From Pelagomonas calceolata (lineage: Eukaryota), in assembly GCA_918797485.1 (NCBI GenBank), contig CAKKNE010000005.1:1488001-1552000 (forward strand): 64,000 nucleotides of DNA. The letters are read 5' to 3'. A program made the translations under genes and the position numbers. Below are positions 62,321 to 64,000 of the stretch, one piece after another. Positions within the stretch are counted from its first letter, which is position 1. Each line of letters begins with the position of its first letter. The notes beneath the pieces were generated by a model, which saw nothing but the letters and a program-made list of their open reading frames with translations, was not told the DNA's origin and did no database searches.

Positions 62321-63484
62321 CTAGGCCCCGGGCGCGGTCGGCCCGGCCGCGCCGGCGAGCCGCGCCAGGACGTCCTCGACGGCGTCGCCGCGCGCGAGCG
62401 CCGCCGCGACGGCGCGCGCGCGGCGCGGCGCGTCGCCGCCGACCGCCGCGGCGTCCGTCGCCGCGCGGAGCGACGCGAGGGCGAAGCGCCGCGCGCCGTG
62501 GTCGGGGTACGCCGCCGGGAACGCCAGGACCGCGCTCCAGTCGCCGACGTCCGCCGCGACGCTGGTGACGGCCGCGTCCGCGGGCGCGACGCCCGCCACG
62601 AGCCCCCGGAGGCGCCGCACCTCGGCCGCGCGCGCGTCGAAGCGGCGCACGCGCGCGCGCGCCTCGCGCACGACGAGGCGCACGTCCTCGGGCGGCGGCT
62701 CGCGCCGCGCGACGGCGACGACGTCCGCGACGTCGACGTGGGCGTGCGCGAGGTGCGCCGCGCGCAGGCGCAGGCGGCCGCGCGCGTCGGCCGCGTCGGG
62801 CGCGAGCTCCAGGGCGAGCGCCGCGCCGCCCGCCAGCTCGACGCGCGCCTCGACGGCGCCGCCCGGCCGCGCGGCCACGCCGACGACGCGCGCGCCCGCC
62901 GCGGCCGCGGCCGCCGGCGCCGGCGCCGCCGCCCGCTCGGGCACGACCTGCGTGGACGTCGACGTTCGGGCCGCGTCCGTGGACGGGCCGCGCCACGTGC
63001 CTCGGGACGACCCCACGCGCGGCTTGGTTTCCGCGCGGGGCGCGACGAGCGCCTCGCAGGCGCCGAGCTTCGCGCCGAGCTCCGCCGCGCGGCGGTCGAG
63101 CGCGGCCCGCGCGCGGCGGAGCCGCGCCTCGCCCGCCTCGAGGCGCGCGGTGCCGCGCTCGAGCGCGTCGCGCGCGCGGCCGCGGCCCGCGCGGCGCGCG
63201 CCCGCGCGCACCGCGGCCGCGGCCTGCGCGTCGCCCCCGTCCTCCTCCGGCGCGCCGCCGCCCAGCCGCCGCAGCGCCTCGCCGCGCACCGCCTCCTGGA
63301 AGAGGCGCTCGGCCGCCGCCGCGAGCTCCGCGCGCGCGGCCGCGTAGTCGGTCGCGGCCGCGGCCGCCCGCGGCCGCTGGGCCCGCGCGGGCGACCGCCC
63401 GGCCGCCGCCGGCGCGCCGGCCTCGGACCCGCGGCGCCAGGCCCGGTACGCGCCGCTCGCCGCGGCGAGCTGGACCAGGGCCAT
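62321..63484 (-). CDS. Hypothetical coiled-coil protein with possible RWD-like C-terminus
   Basis: GC3-biased frame; coiled coil then beta-rich region ending FPAAYP. Confidence 0.6.
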   Translation of the reverse strand: MALVQLAAASGAYRAWRRGSEAGAPAAAGRSPARAQRPRAAAAATDYAAARAELAAAAERLFQEAVRGEALRRLGGGAPEEDGGDAQAAAAVRAGARRAGRGRARDALERGTARLEAGEARLRRARAALDRRAAELGAKLGACEALVAPRAETKPRVGSSRGTWRGPSTDAARTSTSTQVVPERAAAPAPAAAAAAGARVVGVAARPGGAVEARVELAGGAALALELAPDAADARGRLRLRAAHLAHAHVDVADVVAVARREPPPEDVRLVVREARARVRRFDARAAEVRRLRGLVAGVAPADAAVTSVAADVGDWSAVLAFPAAYPDHGARRFALASLRAATDAAAVGGDAPRRARAVAAALARGDAVEDVLARLAGAAGPTAPGA

Positions 63485-63533
63485 CAAAGCTGCTGGGCGT
63501 GGGCTTTTTTTGACAAAAAAGCGGTTTTGGCTT

Positions 63534-63546
63534 GCTAGTGTCTTAC
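63534..63546 (-). promoter_or_regulatory. CTAG motif core (second half-site absent)
   Basis: GCTAGTGTCTTAC, 50 nt before ATG 63484(-). Confidence 0.5.
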
Positions 63547-63553
63547 CGTCGAG

Positions 63554-64000
63554 ATGATTGACTGGGTTTGGCTGCCATCCTCTAAGTTAGAACCCGACCC
63601 CGTGAGACGGGCAAAAGCACTACAATTCTACAACGGCCCAGTATCGACGAGCGACGCGGTCTATCTAGGCCACCAGTTCGGAGGCGGCCAGTATGGGCAC
63701 GTGAGGCGACAGACAGCAATCGCGGCGAGAGCCGTCAGGGCCATCGAGCAGAACGTAGCCGTGCGAAAGTATCTGACCTTCGAACAGACGATGTACGTCT
63801 GGACCAGCCACGCCCGCCCCAAGGCCGAGCTGTGGGCGTCGGTTGCGCCGAGATTGAAGGCGGAAAGGACCCCTGCCGGTCCACTTTTGCTTTGGAAGCG
63901 TGGGAGAAACCGATCCCTGCACCGAGGCGATGGATACGAGGGAAAAGTGGCACGAGCGCGTGCTCGACATATTCAACGATTGCACGCCGGCCGCGCGCTT
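63554..64000 (+). mobile_element. Non-LTR retrotransposon RT fragment running off the window end
   Basis: Own translation: VYLGHQF..HVRRQTAIAARAVRAI..MYVWTSHARPKAELWASV resembles the YLG/thumb region of LINE RT; composition differs from neighbours. Confidence 0.55.

Noticed and set aside
1..64000. tRNA, rRNA or snRNA genes
   Set aside because: No cloverleaf or conserved RNA motif recognised by eye; tRNAscan-SE/Infernal would be needed to exclude them.

Overview
Gene-dense, GC-rich, almost intronless eukaryotic nuclear DNA from a photosynthetic stramenopile with a complex red plastid. It is most likely a pelagophyte (Pelagomonas/Aureococcus-like), inferred from an aureochrome, bipartite plastid-targeting leaders, GC-AG introns and introner elements. 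About 45 CDS were read, including RPL19, proteasome beta, aureochrome, K2P channel, SufC, kinesin, IspG, Trm112, SMYD5-like, HSF, GH45, centrin, ferric reductase, HslV, CFAP45, Psf2 and Uba1. Structures the genes do not explain: (1) two copies of one ~190-200 bp TIR element (15-bp TIR CTGTGTGGAAATCAA, 8-bp TSD) inserted in opposite orientations in coding exons, both of which splice out exactly as introns, plus a decayed third copy; (2) a bipartite CTAG motif (GCTAGY-N2-5-RTAAGACACTAGC), about 13 copies and variants, nearly all in 5' intergenic DNA; (3) a ~69-bp inverted repeat pair 7.9 kb apart and an ~80-bp direct repeat pair 1.3 kb apart; (4) an orphan first exon of a TM9SF gene; (5) two LINE remnants; (6) tandem duplications of gene 3' ends; (7) unusual proteins: a Canopy-DnaJ insertion fusion, a DUF4198-like His-rich membrane protein, an NPIN-repeat zinc-finger/putative nuclease, and signal-peptide-bearing Uba1 and proteasome beta (SELMA/periplastid candidates). 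All calls are by eye; no database searches were run.
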